64,000 nucleotides of DNA from Podarcis tiliguerta (taxonomy: Eukaryota), in assembly GCA_965153285.1 (NCBI GenBank), contig OZ229111.1; one strand, 5' to 3'. Of the stretch, positions 1 through 14,348 are shown piece after piece (position 1 is the stretch's first letter; each line of letters starts with the position of its first letter). Under the pieces are notes generated by a model, which worked only from the letters and a program-made list of their open reading frames with translations, searched no databases and was not told the DNA's origin. Position numbers and translations under genes: made by a program.

Positions 1-429
1 AACACTAGTTGCTGCCAATACATTTTTGGGGGGCCGTTTCACACATGCATGTTATTATGTGATTGTTCAATAACATATGACTCACAGCTGAATTTGTAAA
101 CAGACCCCAATATAAAACACTGTGTGACTACTGTGGTATTTGATCTGTGATGTATCCGTGAATGAGCCAAGTTCTCATTGCAGTCCTCAAAGTGATAAAA
201 CATGCACGAGTGAACCAACTTTTTATTGTCTCACCACCCCACCTCTGTCAAATTACCATTCCTTCCTCATTTTCTAATTATTACACTGATTCTTAGAGGC
301 TCAATTACAACAGGGATGGAGGATCTCTGGTCTTCAGATGTTTGACTTCCAACTCCCATCCTCCCCAGCTAGCAATGCCAATTGTCAGAGATTAGGCTAA
401 TCTGTTACATCTAGGGATTTCCTAATTAT

Positions 430-1255
430 CTTATATTACAGTATCTCACTAAATATTCTTTAAATTTCTTCCAGTCTTCTTGTGTTTCCTCCTCTTTCTG
501 GTCGCGAATTCTTCCAGTCAGGTCAGCCAGCTCCGAAAAGTCCATCATCTTCATCTGCCATTCTTCTATTGTCGGTATTTCTTGCAATTTCCATTTTTTG
601 GCTAATATTAAAGTCTTGCTGCTGTAATGGCATACAAAAACAGTCTAACATTCTTCTTGGGCAATTCCGGTCCTGTTATTCCAAGTAGAAAGGCTTCTGG
701 TTTCTTAATAAATATATTTTTCAACATTTTTTTTAATTCATTATAAATATTTTCCCAGAAGTCTTTCACCTTGGGACAAGTCCACCACATATGAAAAAAG
801 TGCCTTCTTTCTCTTTACATTTCCAACATAAGTTATCATTAGTGTGGTAGATTTTTGCTAGTTTCACCGGGGTTAGGTACCATCTATACATCATTTCATA
901 ATATTTTCTTTTAATACAGTACATGCCATGAACTTAACCTCTTTCTTCCATAACCTCTCTCAATCTTCCATCATTATATTGTGACCCACATCTCTTGCCC
1001 AATCAATCATAACAGATTTAACTTGTTCATCCTTTGTATGCCATTCCAACAATAAATTATACATTTTAGAGAGATTTTTAACATTTGTATCTATCAATTC
1101 CATTTCCAATTTTGATTTTTCAGTTGCAAAACAATTTTTCTTATCAAGTTTATACAATTCATTAATCTGATGATATTGTAGCCATCCCCCCAGTTTATCT
1201 TTAATTTGATAAAAAGGTCTCAGTTTAATCCATTCTTATTTCCCAACAGTAAATT
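430..1255 (-). mobile_element. L1-clade LINE fragment, 3' part of ORF2
   Basis: Broken frames include CWKC..GTFFHMWWTCPKVKDFWENI, the cysteine-rich C-terminal domain of L1 ORF2. Confidence 0.8.
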
Positions 1256-1834
1256 CCCCCATTCTTGGACTGATCAAAACCATCAGGAAGAATCTTGGGT
1301 ACTGCTTATTTTCAATATTTTGCTCAATGGGTATTTGAGCTTTGACAGTTAAATTAGTTATCCAGGAAGAGACAGAGAACATAATCTCTAGAGCAAATTG
1401 TTACTTCCCACTCCCCCCCCCCCCAGCAAAAGATAATAAGTACTTCTGTACTTTTACAGAAGTAACACCTTTTTCATCAGTCTAGCACCCACCTGGGTGG
1501 GTGGTCAGAACTGTCACAATCTGAACTTTGTTTTGCTGAAAAGGTGGGTTAAGGGAAAAGAAAAGGGAAAAGTGCCTAGCTAAGCAGGCCAACAGTTCAG
1601 CCATTCTCGGCTTAAACCACAAAGACTCAGCTCTGTCACACATCTTTGGTTCCTCATGGAGGTTCTCTGCCAAAATCCTTAACCAGCCAAGCAGTCAGAT
1701 GCTGGATTGAAGATTACTCCATGCAGCAGCAAATCTTTTGAACATGCAAGGGTCATGGGAAACAAATCATGGTATGAATCCAAAAATTGTAGGAAAGCTA
1801 AAATAAAAGGGATGGTTGAAAAACAGGAGAATAT

Positions 1835-2024
1835 GTAAGAATGTAAGAAAACCGTATCAGGATAGGAGGGAGGTCAAGACGTGTGTTAAAGTTGTGTAAA
1901 TAAGTGGATGATACCAAACATTGACTAATAAGAGTGTTATCTTCTTTATTTTAGTTTGTTTATTTTTTCTTTGTATGTTCTCTGTTTTCTGTGGAAGTTT
2001 CAATAAAAAGCAATAAAGAAAAAC
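1835..2024 (+). mobile_element. Severely 5'-truncated non-LTR retrotransposon insertion (L1-like 3'UTR) with 17-bp TSD
   Basis: GAAAAACAGGAGAATAT duplicated at 1818-1834 and 2025-2041; ends in AATAAA plus an A-rich tail. Confidence 0.7.
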
Positions 2025-3877
2025 GAAAAACAGGAGAATATCAGTAAGCCATCTGTTCCTCCTAACTGATAATGGTCATGGATTCAGCTAGCACACTTAA
2101 TCATGTAATCTTTAAATTTATATCCCGTTCTACCATTTACATGGTCAAGATGTCCAACAAAATTACACTTATACCACGAAAAGTTATTCTATCATATGAA
2201 AAACAAAAAGGGATCACATTGTGACATGCCATATTAACCCAACATAAAAACTGATCATGGATGTTCGGCTAAGGCCAAAAGTACATCACAGCCCCCACCT
2301 TGCAAGCTTCATTTTATCGTCAGGAAACTTAACAACTTTCGAATACAACAGCAAGGAGAAGAAGATAAACGTGCTGAAGTTTAGGAACAAACAGGGGAGA
2401 GTCAGTGTGTATATTGTAGTCAGTAGCACCCTTTACATTCATCAGTGCTACCCTCTCATTTCATGGAGCCTAGTGTCTTAAGCAAACTCCACATTTTACC
2501 CAGGAATTGGGGTCAGAAGTGGAATTAGATGCTGAACCTGGGCCCTTTAAACCAGTGCTGCCACTGCTTCATTTCAGCCAACTCCTGAAGAAGCAGAAGG
2601 CACCTGGCAACCAAGTGTTTACTCTGGGACAAAAGAGGACCCTTTCTCCCTTTGGCAACTATCTCTCCCCATTCCTCTTTAATTATCTTCATTCTACAGT
2701 AGTTTAAATAAAGTGGAATGGCAACTACAGGATCAGCAACGTATCTGAAAATGATCCAGAGCAGATACCTATGAAAACATTTCAAAGTGTGTAATAAGCC
2801 ACAGGAATTCAAACTGAGCCTGTGGAGAGGAACAAAGCTCTATGTTTTCTCTAATTTCTTTCCCCTTGATCTATGGCCTCAGTAAAAGACAGTTATTACC
2901 TTTGGCATCACCAGGTAGCACAAAAAGTATCATGCTCTGTTACTAACGGTAGAATACAAACACTATTAGTTGTCAAATAAGCATCCCATATATCACAGTA
3001 TTACAGCCACTGCCATTAACTGCTAGTGATGAAAAGGATTTCCAAGTTACAGAGCTTTTAAAACGCTGTGCGCATATAAATCTTCTAATTCAAGCCTAGT
3101 AAATTAGCAGCATTTAACTTGTATATATTTCAAGCAATTCCAATATGCAGATTATTAATATGATCTCGTGCATCTTCCTAAGAACCACAGCATTCTTGTG
3201 CCTGATAATTAAATTTGTACACTTAAGCAATATTGTAAAAGACTTGATGCAGTTCTAGAAATGGGAAGGGCAGCTTGCTGTAACCAATTTGATGGAAACT
3301 CATCATGTTTTCCTTTCTCCAACATGTTTATTTAGCTGCCCCCATACTACCAAGTCACTGGAACGCATGAATCAGAAGCATCATGTACAATACGGTGTCC
3401 CCATATTTCTTAAAAGATTCTCAGTCAGTGCAAGGCTGTATCTCACAGGAGGCCATCATTCGCACAAACTTGAATAAACCAAAGAAAAGCAGGCAAGCCC
3501 GCATTGCTGGTGGGTTGAAGTACCCAAGGAAGAGATATGATTAAGCATGTGCACTAACCAGATTCTGCAACCTAAGGCTCATCAGTGCTAAGCCCATGAG
3601 AAGGATGCAAAAGGAAGGCTACTGGAATAATACACAACTCCCCAGATAAGACAAAATGGGATCTAGTTTCCAGTTTTAAATGGAATGGGTTTCCCTGGAA
3701 TCAAGGTGAAGACCAAATGTTAAAAGTGCTGTTTTAGATTTAGCACAGGCTTAGCAAGCACTGTATATTACAGTATTGCATGCTACTTGGAAAACGGTGA
3801 TACAACTATGCATGTGTGTGTGTTTGTTCATCACATCTAACTTGAAGTACAATTTCAGGTTTTCTGTTCTGCCACAG

Positions 3878-3878
3878 G

Positions 3879-3910
<32 letters not shown>

Positions 3911-3940
3911 TGACAGAGAGAGAGAGAGAGAGAGAGAGAG
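3878..3940. repeat. (CA)n(GA)n compound microsatellite
   Basis: Seen directly. Confidence 0.95.
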
Positions 3941-4824
3941 GTTTTCCCTCTGCATCCCCTTCATGAGCTTAGTGGAGATCAATCTACAACATTATAGGAG
4001 CTTGTTAGCAAAAGGTAATCTCTGTTACAGTCTATTTCTTTTAGATTATCCGCTTTGTAAAGGAACTGTATTCAGAACAAAACCACCTTTCTGTGTAAGG
4101 TCTCACAACATCCCCTGGCTCTCAGGCCATAGCAGCTACTCACACTTCACAGAGAAAAGACAGCAGCTTTGTTTTGTTGCCCTAGCATTCAGTCAACCAC
4201 AGGTTATTTTCACTTGCAAACATCAGAGTGTACACATGCTTGCATGTGCACAAAAACACCCCTTCACAGGGAAGCCTTAGTTTGATTTTACACCTCCAAT
4301 GGTCTGCCATGCTAAGAAAAAATACAGGGAGAATATTGCTCATCTCAAATATTTCGTAATATTTGTGTAAATATAATAGTATTAACTTCCACTATGAACA
4401 GGTTACACATTTCTAGTGATCTTCAAGCATTCAGAGTAATTCCCTTAGGTGCACCAAACAGACAACTTTAAACTTTTACAAAAAAAGGCATATTAATTGG
4501 TTAAAGATTCCCGTTTGGGTATGGTATAACAGATTTCACTAACAGTAAGTCCTTGGCTAACAAAAGCTGTGTGTCTTTTTCCTTCTTTCAAGTTCTTGGC
4601 ACAGAGCTGTACCCACACAGCACACCACACAAAACTTCAATTCTGGCATCAGTGCACAGAATAAACGGGTTGCTAGGATCAGCAAAAAACGAGCACTGCA
4701 GAGTGCATGAGGCAATTAATAATTTCCCTGAAAGCCTCACATTTTTCACTCCATATAGATCCAGTCATCAGACATGTCATGGGAGCTACAGAGAGATATT
4801 TATACTCCTTTTATGTAGACACTG

Positions 4825-4955
4825 AATCATAGAATTGTAGAGTTGGAAGGGACGCTGCGGGTCATCTAGTCCAACCCCCTGCAATGTAGTAATCTCAACT
4901 AAATTCTACATGACAGATGGCCATCCAACCTCTGCTTAAAAACCTCCAAAAAAGA
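4825..4955 (-). mobile_element. CR1 LINE 3' end
   Basis: GAATCATAGAAT tail octamer followed by the typical CR1 3'UTR (gttggaaggg...catctagtccaacc). Confidence 0.75.
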
Positions 4956-5039
4956 GAGGTGTGTGTTGTTGTTTTTTAATGAAGCCACACTGATTCTTTA
5001 GAGTCCTCCTATATTCTTTCTTGTTGGAATAGTCTGCAT

Positions 5040-5260
5040 TTTGCCTTCAATATGTCACCTTTAAAAAACCTCCCATCTACCTTGGATTCCCTTCTCTTTG
5101 AATACTTCTGACCATGTGATCTCACCCAGCACCTCCTTAAGCTTTTTGAAATCAGCCTTCTTAAAGTCCAGAGTGCGTGTCCAACTACACTCAGATTTCC
5201 CTTGCCTCTGAATCATTAAACCAAGGAGGACATGATCACTGCCTTCCAAGGTTCCCATGC
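5040..5260 (-). mobile_element. CR1 ORF2 fragment (endonuclease-RT linker)
   Basis: GSDHVLL...TRTLDFKKADFKKLKEVLGEITW motif. Confidence 0.75.
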
Positions 5261-7522
5261 TTCATATACCCACTGAGATCATTAAAGAAGTTTTTTATTG
5301 CACATTCCCTTGAAACAACTGTAATAAGTATCTCTGTGCTATTTACTCTCACAGAACAGGTGAGCTAAGAAAATGAAATGCAGCAGCTACTTCTATTGTC
5401 CTTCCATTCCTGTGCACACAAAAGAATTGAGCTTGCTAATAAAATAGGTGCTGTAGAATTACTCCTATGCGATTTTCTTACTTAGATTTAATGGTACTTG
5501 TTTCAACAGGTCACAATTCACACATGTGCACAGGGCCAAAAACAAATCAAAGTTTTCATTTGACAGCTGATAAAGATAAGGCATGAAAAGAAGAAGAAAC
5601 TAATTCCCAGTAATGTTAATGTTTAATGTAACTCACTGTGTTTTGGAACTGAACAAAATTGACAGATATAAAAGAGCATTATATCAAACAAAACAATAAA
5701 CATGGGTGGTGCTACATTTTTAAAAAGGGTGTGAATAACTTGCCACCTTTTAAAAACTTAAGCAAATCTTTTTAGGTTGCCATTGCTATTTCTGTAATTT
5801 GTGTTTAAGATTATTGACCATTTTCTTCTTTGACACATTATTCTGAAAATATTTGCTTAAGAGAATGCAAAGTTACATATAACAAAAAGGAGATTCAGTT
5901 GTGTGTACTGTTTTGTTTATGTACTCTGTTATGCTTGATAAGTAGTTTCTCTTCCTTGCATTTTGTTTTTGTTTCAGTACCTCTAGCCTGTTTTGTTTAC
6001 TCTGCTTAGTTTTTGAGAAGGATAACTGATCTGATTAGTCAATAAAGTCAGCAAAGAATCTCAGATTTATTTTTAAAACCACAGTCCCTTTTGCAAGTGG
6101 CATTTAGAATACAACCAGGTAGCCACATTCAAGCACAAATTGTAGCATAACAGCATATGGTTCAGCCACAGGTTTTGAACCAGACTGTGGTGAGTAGAGA
6201 GACAGACTCTTTGGAAATTAAGTCAAATAAACCAAGCTACACCTCCAGACCCAGCCAATCCCTGCCCATGGTTAATGGACCTCCAGTAGGTAAGGGATGA
6301 TGTGATACTGGTGTCTCTTATCATGGTCTGAGACAGCAACTATAGAACATGAGACAGGTTTTTGCTGCCAGACTCCACTAGCAGTAGATTAGCTGGACTT
6401 CTTTGCTGTAGCTTTTAATTAAGTGGCTGTGGGGTTTTAGAACATTAGCTCACACTTCAGGCTTCTTCAACTTAGAACCAGGGAGGGACAATTAAATTTT
6501 ACTGTAGCAGTGTAGATCTGAAGGGCTTCTATATGCAAATATATCATACATCACTCCCCCAGAGAGTGAGGGAGGATAGGAAATACTATCTCACTCTTGA
6601 AAGCCAAAAGCTTATTTTTTAAAAAGTCGCCCTATCTTCAGGTTTATAGCACTTGTGTTTCAAAATAAGTATTTTTTCCAGTGCACGCCCACCTTAGGTG
6701 ATGGTGAGCTTCCATCACATCACTCTCAGAATTGGGAAACAAACAAACAGACAGACACCGCCTTCTCTTGGATATGTTCACAAAAGACTACTTTGTCAAT
6801 GAAGTCACACACAGAGAGAGAAATTATGGTGTATTTTCTTTTAAAGGACAATTGGGAACCAAAACTACATATTCAGAATTTTCGTGAATATGGGCTTCCT
6901 TGCACTTGGAAATTGCGCTTTTTGACTTCTGTCCACATAAAAAAAAAAATCTACATACAAAAACAAGGGACGAACCTCCTAACCTAGACTTCTCCCTGAT
7001 GTGTTAGCATTAAAAAGATGCAGAGACTTGTTTTTGTGTGGGATTGTCCAAACAGGCAGTCCACACCAGCATTTGGAAGATGCTGCTGCAGATGTTAGGG
7101 CTCTGGAATCCTGCCTGCATGCTAAGTGTTTTGCTACGGATTTATCTCCACCAAGGCAATAAACTTGTTCATTTTGAGCCTACCTCTCCAAATGGTTTGG
7201 GTTCAAGGTTTGGGAACCCCTATGGCTCAGCTGTCTTCTGCACAAATAATACACACCCATGCCCTCTGAAGTGCGCTCCCTCTTCCAAATGCTTGCCCTA
7301 CAAATGCTGGTGCAATTATACAATGATGTGTTCCCATTTTCTGAACAGGAACCTGCTTTCGCATGTAAAAGGTTTTGAAGCTTATGTTGTTATGAATGCA
7401 AAAAGGGTACCAGTGACTAAGGCTACGGGTTGTAGACATTCAGTGGGCCTACTCTGAATAAGACTTGGTTGGCGATAACTCTATATCCCCCCCCCCCCCG
7501 CACATACCATCATGTCCACCAC

Positions 7523-7669
7523 CAGTGCTTTTTTTCTGGGAAAATAGGTGCCAGTGCTCACCATGAAATTGTTACAGATGTGTAATTAACAACAGATGTT
7601 GTTAACAACAACAACAAAGAGGTGCCAGTACTGTGTACCCTTGAGTACCCTCTGGGGGGAAAAGCACTG
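7523..7669. mobile_element. hAT-type MITE
   Basis: TIR CAGTGCTTTT / AAAAGCACTG; 8-bp TSD tccaccac / cccaccac. Confidence 0.7.
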
Positions 7670-10358
7670 CCCACCACACATTTTACGCAAACACAGACAA
7701 TCCATGCCCAGTAATGTGTTGAAAGCTGGATCTCTGCTTCTTTTAAATCTTCAGTTTAGGTAGTAGTAAATTGAGTAGTAGTAATTGAGCTGTTATGATC
7801 TTGGATTTTAAAAGAAGTTCCCCAAAGCTATGTACTTTTGATGTGTTTCTCTTATGTGCAAATTGCTTAGTGCTGCTTTAGCAGCCTGGCACAGTTTTTT
7901 TATGGAGGTATTTCTCAAGTAAATTTCCAAAAGTAAGAATCAGATGGGATACCATTCACAGCAGTATATATAAGCAGCAGATAGTTAGTGTGTCTGTCTG
8001 TTTAAGCCAATTCCAAACCTGGCTGGCCTACTTTGGCACCAGAGCATTTGGTAGAATGAGCTCTCTGCTAGCTGCCAATGCAGGAAAGCTATTAATGGAT
8101 CAAGACCAAGGAGCCAGCTTTCAACTAGAGTGTAATACATCATTATTATGTATTCGGGAGAATTCAGGGGAAAGATTTCTAAGATACTGCAGCTCTAAAG
8201 TGACTGGAATGAGCATATTTATAACTATTCCCCCTGCCCCTTTAAGATTTCTTATTTAGAAGATTACTTGCTTTATAGAACTTGCACTGCTACCATACTG
8301 GGAAGTAAATTACTAATATTGGGGTTCATCTACTTCACTACTGCCTTTAAGCCTTATGCATCCTCCTAAAATCTGAATAAATAAGTAACAAAACAGCATT
8401 TATAAATGAGGCACAGGTACTGCTACCAGAACCACAAGATAATATCCCTGCTGCAAAGGGATTTTTTTGTAATGACTTCTTAAATAATTAGTACTGCAGA
8501 CTATCAAGCATTTGAGCTACTGTATCAAAATGATAACAGTAAACTCTTAGGCTAGAATAGCAAGTGTCGAGTCTACAAGAGATCCAGTGTGAAAGGTTTT
8601 TTATTGTTTTGTCATGGGTGTGTGTGTGTGCTATATTATTTTGTTTATATGCTGAAAACAATGAGGTCACAGGGGCCTCATAGCCAAACTATGGTTACCA
8701 TAAACAAGCAAGAATGCTGGTTCCCAGAAAGACATTCGTGGCTGTTTTACTGCTCCCCTAGTCCCGCTGCTGCTGTGTTGGGAGGTAAGCTTAGTGTTTG
8801 GACCCCCACATCTGCTCTGGAGGGTTCACCCAACTCTCCAGAGCAGGTTTTTGGTATGTGAGGGCACTGTGGGGGCAGGTGGGAGGATAAAAAGGGGACA
8901 GTGTGGGGTAAATCTGTTCCACAAGCAGGCAGACACTGCTGGAAATCATCCCTGACATTTATACTGAGGGGCAGTATAAACAGATGAGAAAAAGGTGAGT
9001 TGTGCTCATAAACCTTCCCAATGGGTGGAGGCAGACTTGAGAGCATCTCCCAACCAGAGTCAAGTGGGAGTTTATACTGAGCGGTGCAGTGGGAAGTAAG
9101 AGAGATAAGGATACGCAGAGACATCTCACGGCATCCCACCCCAGTATCAATACTATGGTCATTGGAAGGGACGCACGCCTACAGTCAAAGAGAGAAGGAT
9201 CAATTATGGGGCCTTCTAGTTATTTCAGGTGGTATACCAACAGCAATGGCTGTAGTGAATAATATACAAGTAACATTAAGCTGTTGGATTACTTGTTAGG
9301 ATGTAACTCAAGGTGTGGACAAGAAGGTAAGAGTACGAAACTATCCCACCACCCTAATTCATACAAGTAAGGAAAAGAAAAGCCATTATGAATCAGATCA
9401 ATGTTCCCCACCTGCACTCCCAAATTTAGTAGCAGTTATGGCAGACAGGACATACAGCTGGCAGCTCTAAATGGGGGGGGGGGGGCAACTGAGCTCTCCA
9501 ATCAATTTTTAGCTGCAGGTGAAGAAGATGGAATTAAAGTAAATTTTATACTCTAGACCTACGTCCATTATGCTTTTCCTTTTTCAAAAAAATAAAAATA
9601 AAAATCCCACCCACAACAAAGCAGTGAACTAATTCAACTTGTGGGTGCACAACCAAAGGAAATCTTCAGCATAATGGGAGGCAGCCTCTTGGTGCACATT
9701 ACAATTTATTCTCATGCCATGTATAAAGTTTCCACCATATCTGCCAAATGGATCAGTGGCCAAAATAACTTTGGCACATTGAATGCCCAACCCCATTTTG
9801 ATGGCAAAAGCACTTTGCTTCCAGGGTGGTGACACGTACATCGTATCGCCTGGCACAGCACAACATGAGCTAATAGGAAAAAGGTCTGTTCTATGAGAAC
9901 CATTCCTCCATCTGAAACAACCTAGGAGAGAATAGCAAGCCCAGGATTTACAACACGTTGATCCAGATTTTTTTTCTAAAACAAGAAATTATGGCTCACT
10001 AGTACAAGGCAGTATGAAATGGGGGGGGGGGGTATGAAAAGGAGAAAGAGGCCAGAAACCAAAAGAGCAAATACAGAGCAAACAGGATTATGAAAGTACA
10101 AGTATCATTAAAAAATGATTTTGATTTCCATTGGAATTGGAGTACAATTCAGCAAGTTTGTTCCATTCAGGCCACTGATTACAATCTCAGCTACTTATCA
10201 AGTCTTCAGTGACTTGCAAAGCAGCATTCACTGCCCCACCCCATTTTGTTTCAACAAGAACAACCATGTGAGGTAAGTTAGGCTGAGAGATAGTGACTAG
10301 ATCAAAGTCACTCAGTCAGCATGGTAACTACATCAGGAATCACAAGACAGAGAAACCA

Positions 10359-10626
10359 GAAGAAGAAGAAGAAGAGGAGGAGGAGGAGAAGGAGGAGTTT
10401 GGATTTGATATCCCGCTTTATCACTACCCGAAGGAGTCTCAAAGCGGCTAACATTCTCCTTTCCCTTCCTCCCCCACAACAAACACTCTGTGAGGTGAGT
10501 GGGGCTGAGAGACTTCAGAGAAGTGTGACTGGCCCAAGGTCACCCAGCAGCTGCATGTGGAGGAGCGGAGACGCGAACCCGGTTCACCAGATTACGGTTC
10601 TACCGCTCTTAACCACTACACCACAC
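10359..10626 (-). mobile_element. Squam3B-like tRNA/CORE SINE
   Basis: tRNA-like head (tgtggtgtagtggttaagagcgg..), CORE-like body, (TTC/TCC)n tail; near-identical to the copies at 32256 and 48451. Confidence 0.8.
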
Positions 10627-10980
10627 TTCCATCTTCCAGGACATTCTATACAATATCTCAAAGTAGCTATCTTATTACAAAAGAATTTTAGAAATGGACT
10701 GGAAAGAGAAGTTGCTGAAATGCAGCTTATTACCAACCTTTAAACCATGGAAAGACCTGGTCTGAATAGAGACATTGGATTCTTATCTCATTTTACATGA
10801 TAAAGCTATTTTTAGGCATCTCACCCCTTGCTTTTTCCTGTAAGACCAACTGCAGTTGTTAACAGTCGTCAACAGGTTTATCACACCTATCAGCCAATCA
10901 CCCATTCCCAACACGCTTCTGAGTAATACCCCTCCCCACCCTCTCAATATATATAAGGGTCTGGTGACTTCTGTTTCAGT

Positions 10981-11018
10981 GTATCTGAAGAAGTGTGCAT
11001 GCACATGAAAGCTCATAC
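10981..11018 (+). ncRNA. Degenerate minimal hammerhead ribozyme of the Penelope pLTR
   Basis: GTAT-CTGAAGA-A-GTGTGC-AT-GCACAT-GAAA-GCTC-ATAC: both catalytic boxes, stem II, and a closing GTAT/ATAC stem. Confidence 0.6.
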
Positions 11019-11532
11019 CAATAACAAACTTAGTTGGTCTTTAAGGTGCTACTGGAAGGAATTTTTTAAATTTTGTTTCGACTACAGCAGACCAACACAG
11101 CTACTTACCTGGAGCATGATAATTGAGGATTTGAACGTGGTCTCCTAACTCCTAGTCTAACACACTAGCCACTATACCTCTCTAATGCATATGAGTCAAG
11201 TCCTTTGAAACTTAATTGTGTTTAAGCGATTTGAAAGTGCTCTCTGTGATGTAATTGCTGGTGATCCATTCATATTACAGTACAAGAAACATAATGAAGA
11301 AACCACAGATAACAATTGCAGCACTTATCTGTTCTATTATAGGTAAACAAAAATAAATGGCTGATGATGAACCTTCCCAAGCTGAGATCTCGCAAGTACA
11401 CCTTCTCTCCTCCATTCAGTCTCTAAGGATCTTAAGTCATCCAATAGATTTTTAGCCTCTGAACAGTTGCATTTCATCAATTTTGTGAACCACCTTTTGC
11501 CACCAACTTTCAGATCAAACCAGACCTTCCAT

Positions 11533-12178
11533 TAGGCCTAGGCGATATATCAATAGATCGCCCAGGACTAGTATGAGGAGCAGATCACGATGTTGGCTTC
11601 GCTCAGAAGTATATCGCTGGTGAAACCGCCACAGCTCCTGAGTCCCTCTGTTAGTGACTTCCCCCAGCGAGCGTTACTAGCAGAGTGACTCAGGAACAGT
11701 GGCGGTTTACCAGCGATATATCGCTAAGTGAAGCCGCCAGCCCACTCTGCCCTCATACTGCGCAGAGGGACAAAAAAGCTGCATCGGCAAGGCGCCAATA
11801 CAGCTTGTTCCTCCCTCTGCATATTTAAACTGCTCGGCTGAGGAATGTGCAGTTGCCATTCCCCTCAGCTGAGCGGTTAAAGGATCCTCCAGCCTGGCAC
11901 TGGCTCCCATGCAAGCAGGGGGAGCACTGGGAATGGCTCGGCTAAGGATCGGGAGCCCTCCCATGCCCCAGCTGAGCCGTACAAACAAGCTGTGTTGTCC
12001 CAGCCTGCTAGGCACTGGGGTGAAACCGCCTCAGCTCCCGCGGTGAGACCTGCGGCAATTTCACCTGGTGCCTTGCAGGCTGAGGCCAATGCAGCTTGGT
12101 TTTTCAACATTGTGGTATATCGCCAGACCGCGATGTTTTGCTGGTGATATACCGCAATGCTGATATCGGCCAACCCTA
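11533..12178. mobile_element. hAT-type non-autonomous transposon
   Basis: TIR TAGGCCTAGGCGATAT / ATATCGGCCAACCCTA; 8-bp TSD ccttccat / ccctccat; CpG-rich interior. Confidence 0.75.
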
Positions 12179-13944
12179 CCCTCCATTGTGGTTTTGTCTA
12201 CCCTTAGCAGCATCCGAACCACCCTCCTCGAAAATTAACTTACTACATATGATAATAACAAAACCGCTGGGCAAAAGTAGGAGAGAGAGAGAAAGTTAAG
12301 CATTAAAATTGGAACTGGGTATCACATTTGTGCTGCAGAAAAACAAGAAAACTCTGTAATATAATGTATTCTCTTTCCAGAAACCTGCAATGCATTATGC
12401 TGCCAATAATGCTGTGCAATGAATTAATTCTCTTTTTACATTCCATGGTGTGCATTACTGGCAAAATAATTCATTAGGGTCATTGTTCACAGAGAAACTG
12501 GAGAAAGGAGCTGAATGAAGGGGCTTGTATCAAAATAGGAATCCTAACCACTGCATACTAGACCCACCAGACTCACAAAAACTTTGTGGCCACCAGTTTA
12601 CCAGAAACGGATTCCATTCACAATGAGCAGGAGCTAAATGAAAAGTCACTTAAAAAGATGGCCCCAAACAGGCACTCTGCATGTTCCAAGTAACCACATC
12701 AGACTACGGCCTGAAACATTTAGTAGCAACAAACACCCTAATTCAGCATGCTAGACATTTAGACTCTATTAAGCTAATATCCAAACTCTGAAGCACCAGA
12801 AATAAAGCATCACCAACTCAACACAATTTTGGGAAAAATTAATTCCTCATTCTACAATCATTCAAGGCAGCAAAGCAACATCTGAAGCAGTAGTGGGTAT
12901 GAAAACTAACACTTTCCAAACAACTGGCTCCCCGCCCCCGTTTTACTGAAAGCTACTTTAAGGCATGTAGGAAAAAGACAAATGTGCAAAATTCACATAT
13001 ACATTATGAAGACATGAACATCTTGCAACTTTTAGAAATGTGATTTAAACCGGAGCTTGAAGACAAATGGGACGAACTTTCAGGTCAAAATCTAACACGT
13101 AAGGGATTAAAATAAGATAAATCCTGATAAAACAAACAAGTGAGCCTTTGCCCAACTGTACAGATCCACCACACCTTCACAGCAAATGGTTTGTGTTACT
13201 TGCATGGCAAGTGGGGCAAAGTCTACTAGCCACCTTCCTTGTTTATCAAACACAGCTCCATCCCTGTCTTAACTGTTAGATACAAGTGACTCCCCTGGAC
13301 ACAGAAGGCCCATGGAACGCATGAAGGAAAGACTGAGGGAATCCAGACTACATCTAGGTTTCCTTAAGAGCAGGCCAAAATGCATCAGTTGTGACCTTGC
13401 ACGTGAATCTTATGCCCAACCCATGTAACTCAAGTCGAGAAGCACTTGGGCTTAACTTAGGGTTTATATGAAGCTTCAGAGAAAGCAGGTTCTCCTCCAC
13501 AACGAAGCAGTTGCAGTTTTAAAGGCCACATTCACATGCTAAGCATGGAAGACCCAGAGCAACTCTGGCAAAGTTGTGAAGTAGCTTCTTTGCTGCTGCT
13601 TCTCTCATTTATTTCCAACACGTCTAATCTCCTTTTTGGCCAAACTGACTTTCAAAGCAGCTGGCAACATTAAAATCAATCCATAATACCAAGTAAAACC
13701 TCCAATAAAGGCAGCAGTCAAAAATAAAACTCAAACACACAAAAAGGAAACAGGAGCAATAAAACATAACCCGGTTCCAGTAAAACTTTGAAGTCAAATA
13801 TCTGCAGCGAACATCAAAACATGTCTTTAAAAAGCATTTCTGAAGAGGAAGATCTTAACTTTAGTTATCTGGCAGCCTCCTTACATTTGGGAACACGCCC
13901 CCCAACCCCCAAGCTCGCCCTCTTATGTACTCGGGAGGTTGTAG

Positions 13945-14075
13945 ACCTTGGACCTTGGAGATTTTTCAGCAGAGGTTGGATAGCCATCATGGATGCTTTA
14001 ACTGAGATTCCTGAATTGCAGGGGGTTGGACTTGATGACCCTTGGGGTCTCCTACAACTCTACAATTCTATGATA
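13945..14075 (+). mobile_element. CR1 3' end
   Basis: gagattcctg...gggggttggac..gatgacc...caactctacaattctatga tail. Confidence 0.7.
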
Positions 14076-14348
14076 CTATCCTGCTGCAGCATGTCTGGAA
14101 CCAAGAGGGTGGTTCTCAGAAAGAAGGAAAGGTGTGACATGGATCATCATTAATGCTGGCACTTCCAATAAGCATGCAAAACCATAGGAGACGAACCAGC
14201 CACAGGACTTCACAATCCATTCAAGGCAGCTGTCATGTAAAAGTGTAAAACTATCACCTGACCAAAATACTCTGCGCCATCCCAAACGTAGGTCAGGTAA
14301 TAGGTTATAGCCCTCCAGAATATGGCAAAAACACAGCTATAATCTTAC

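Larger units (their letters stand above)
10330..11110 (+). mobile_element. Penelope-like element 3' fragment (GIY-YIG C-terminus plus pseudo-LTR), interrupted by a SINE
   Basis: HFHLPGHSIQYLKVAILLQKNFRNGLEREVAEMQLI...GLNRDIGFLSH motif, and a pLTR containing CTGAAGA...GAAA. Confidence 0.75.

Noticed and set aside
1-14348. SH3PXD2B exon 3 (MQMLDKFPMEGGQKDP...)
   Set aside because: Not found by eye in this interval; presumed to lie beyond the window start.
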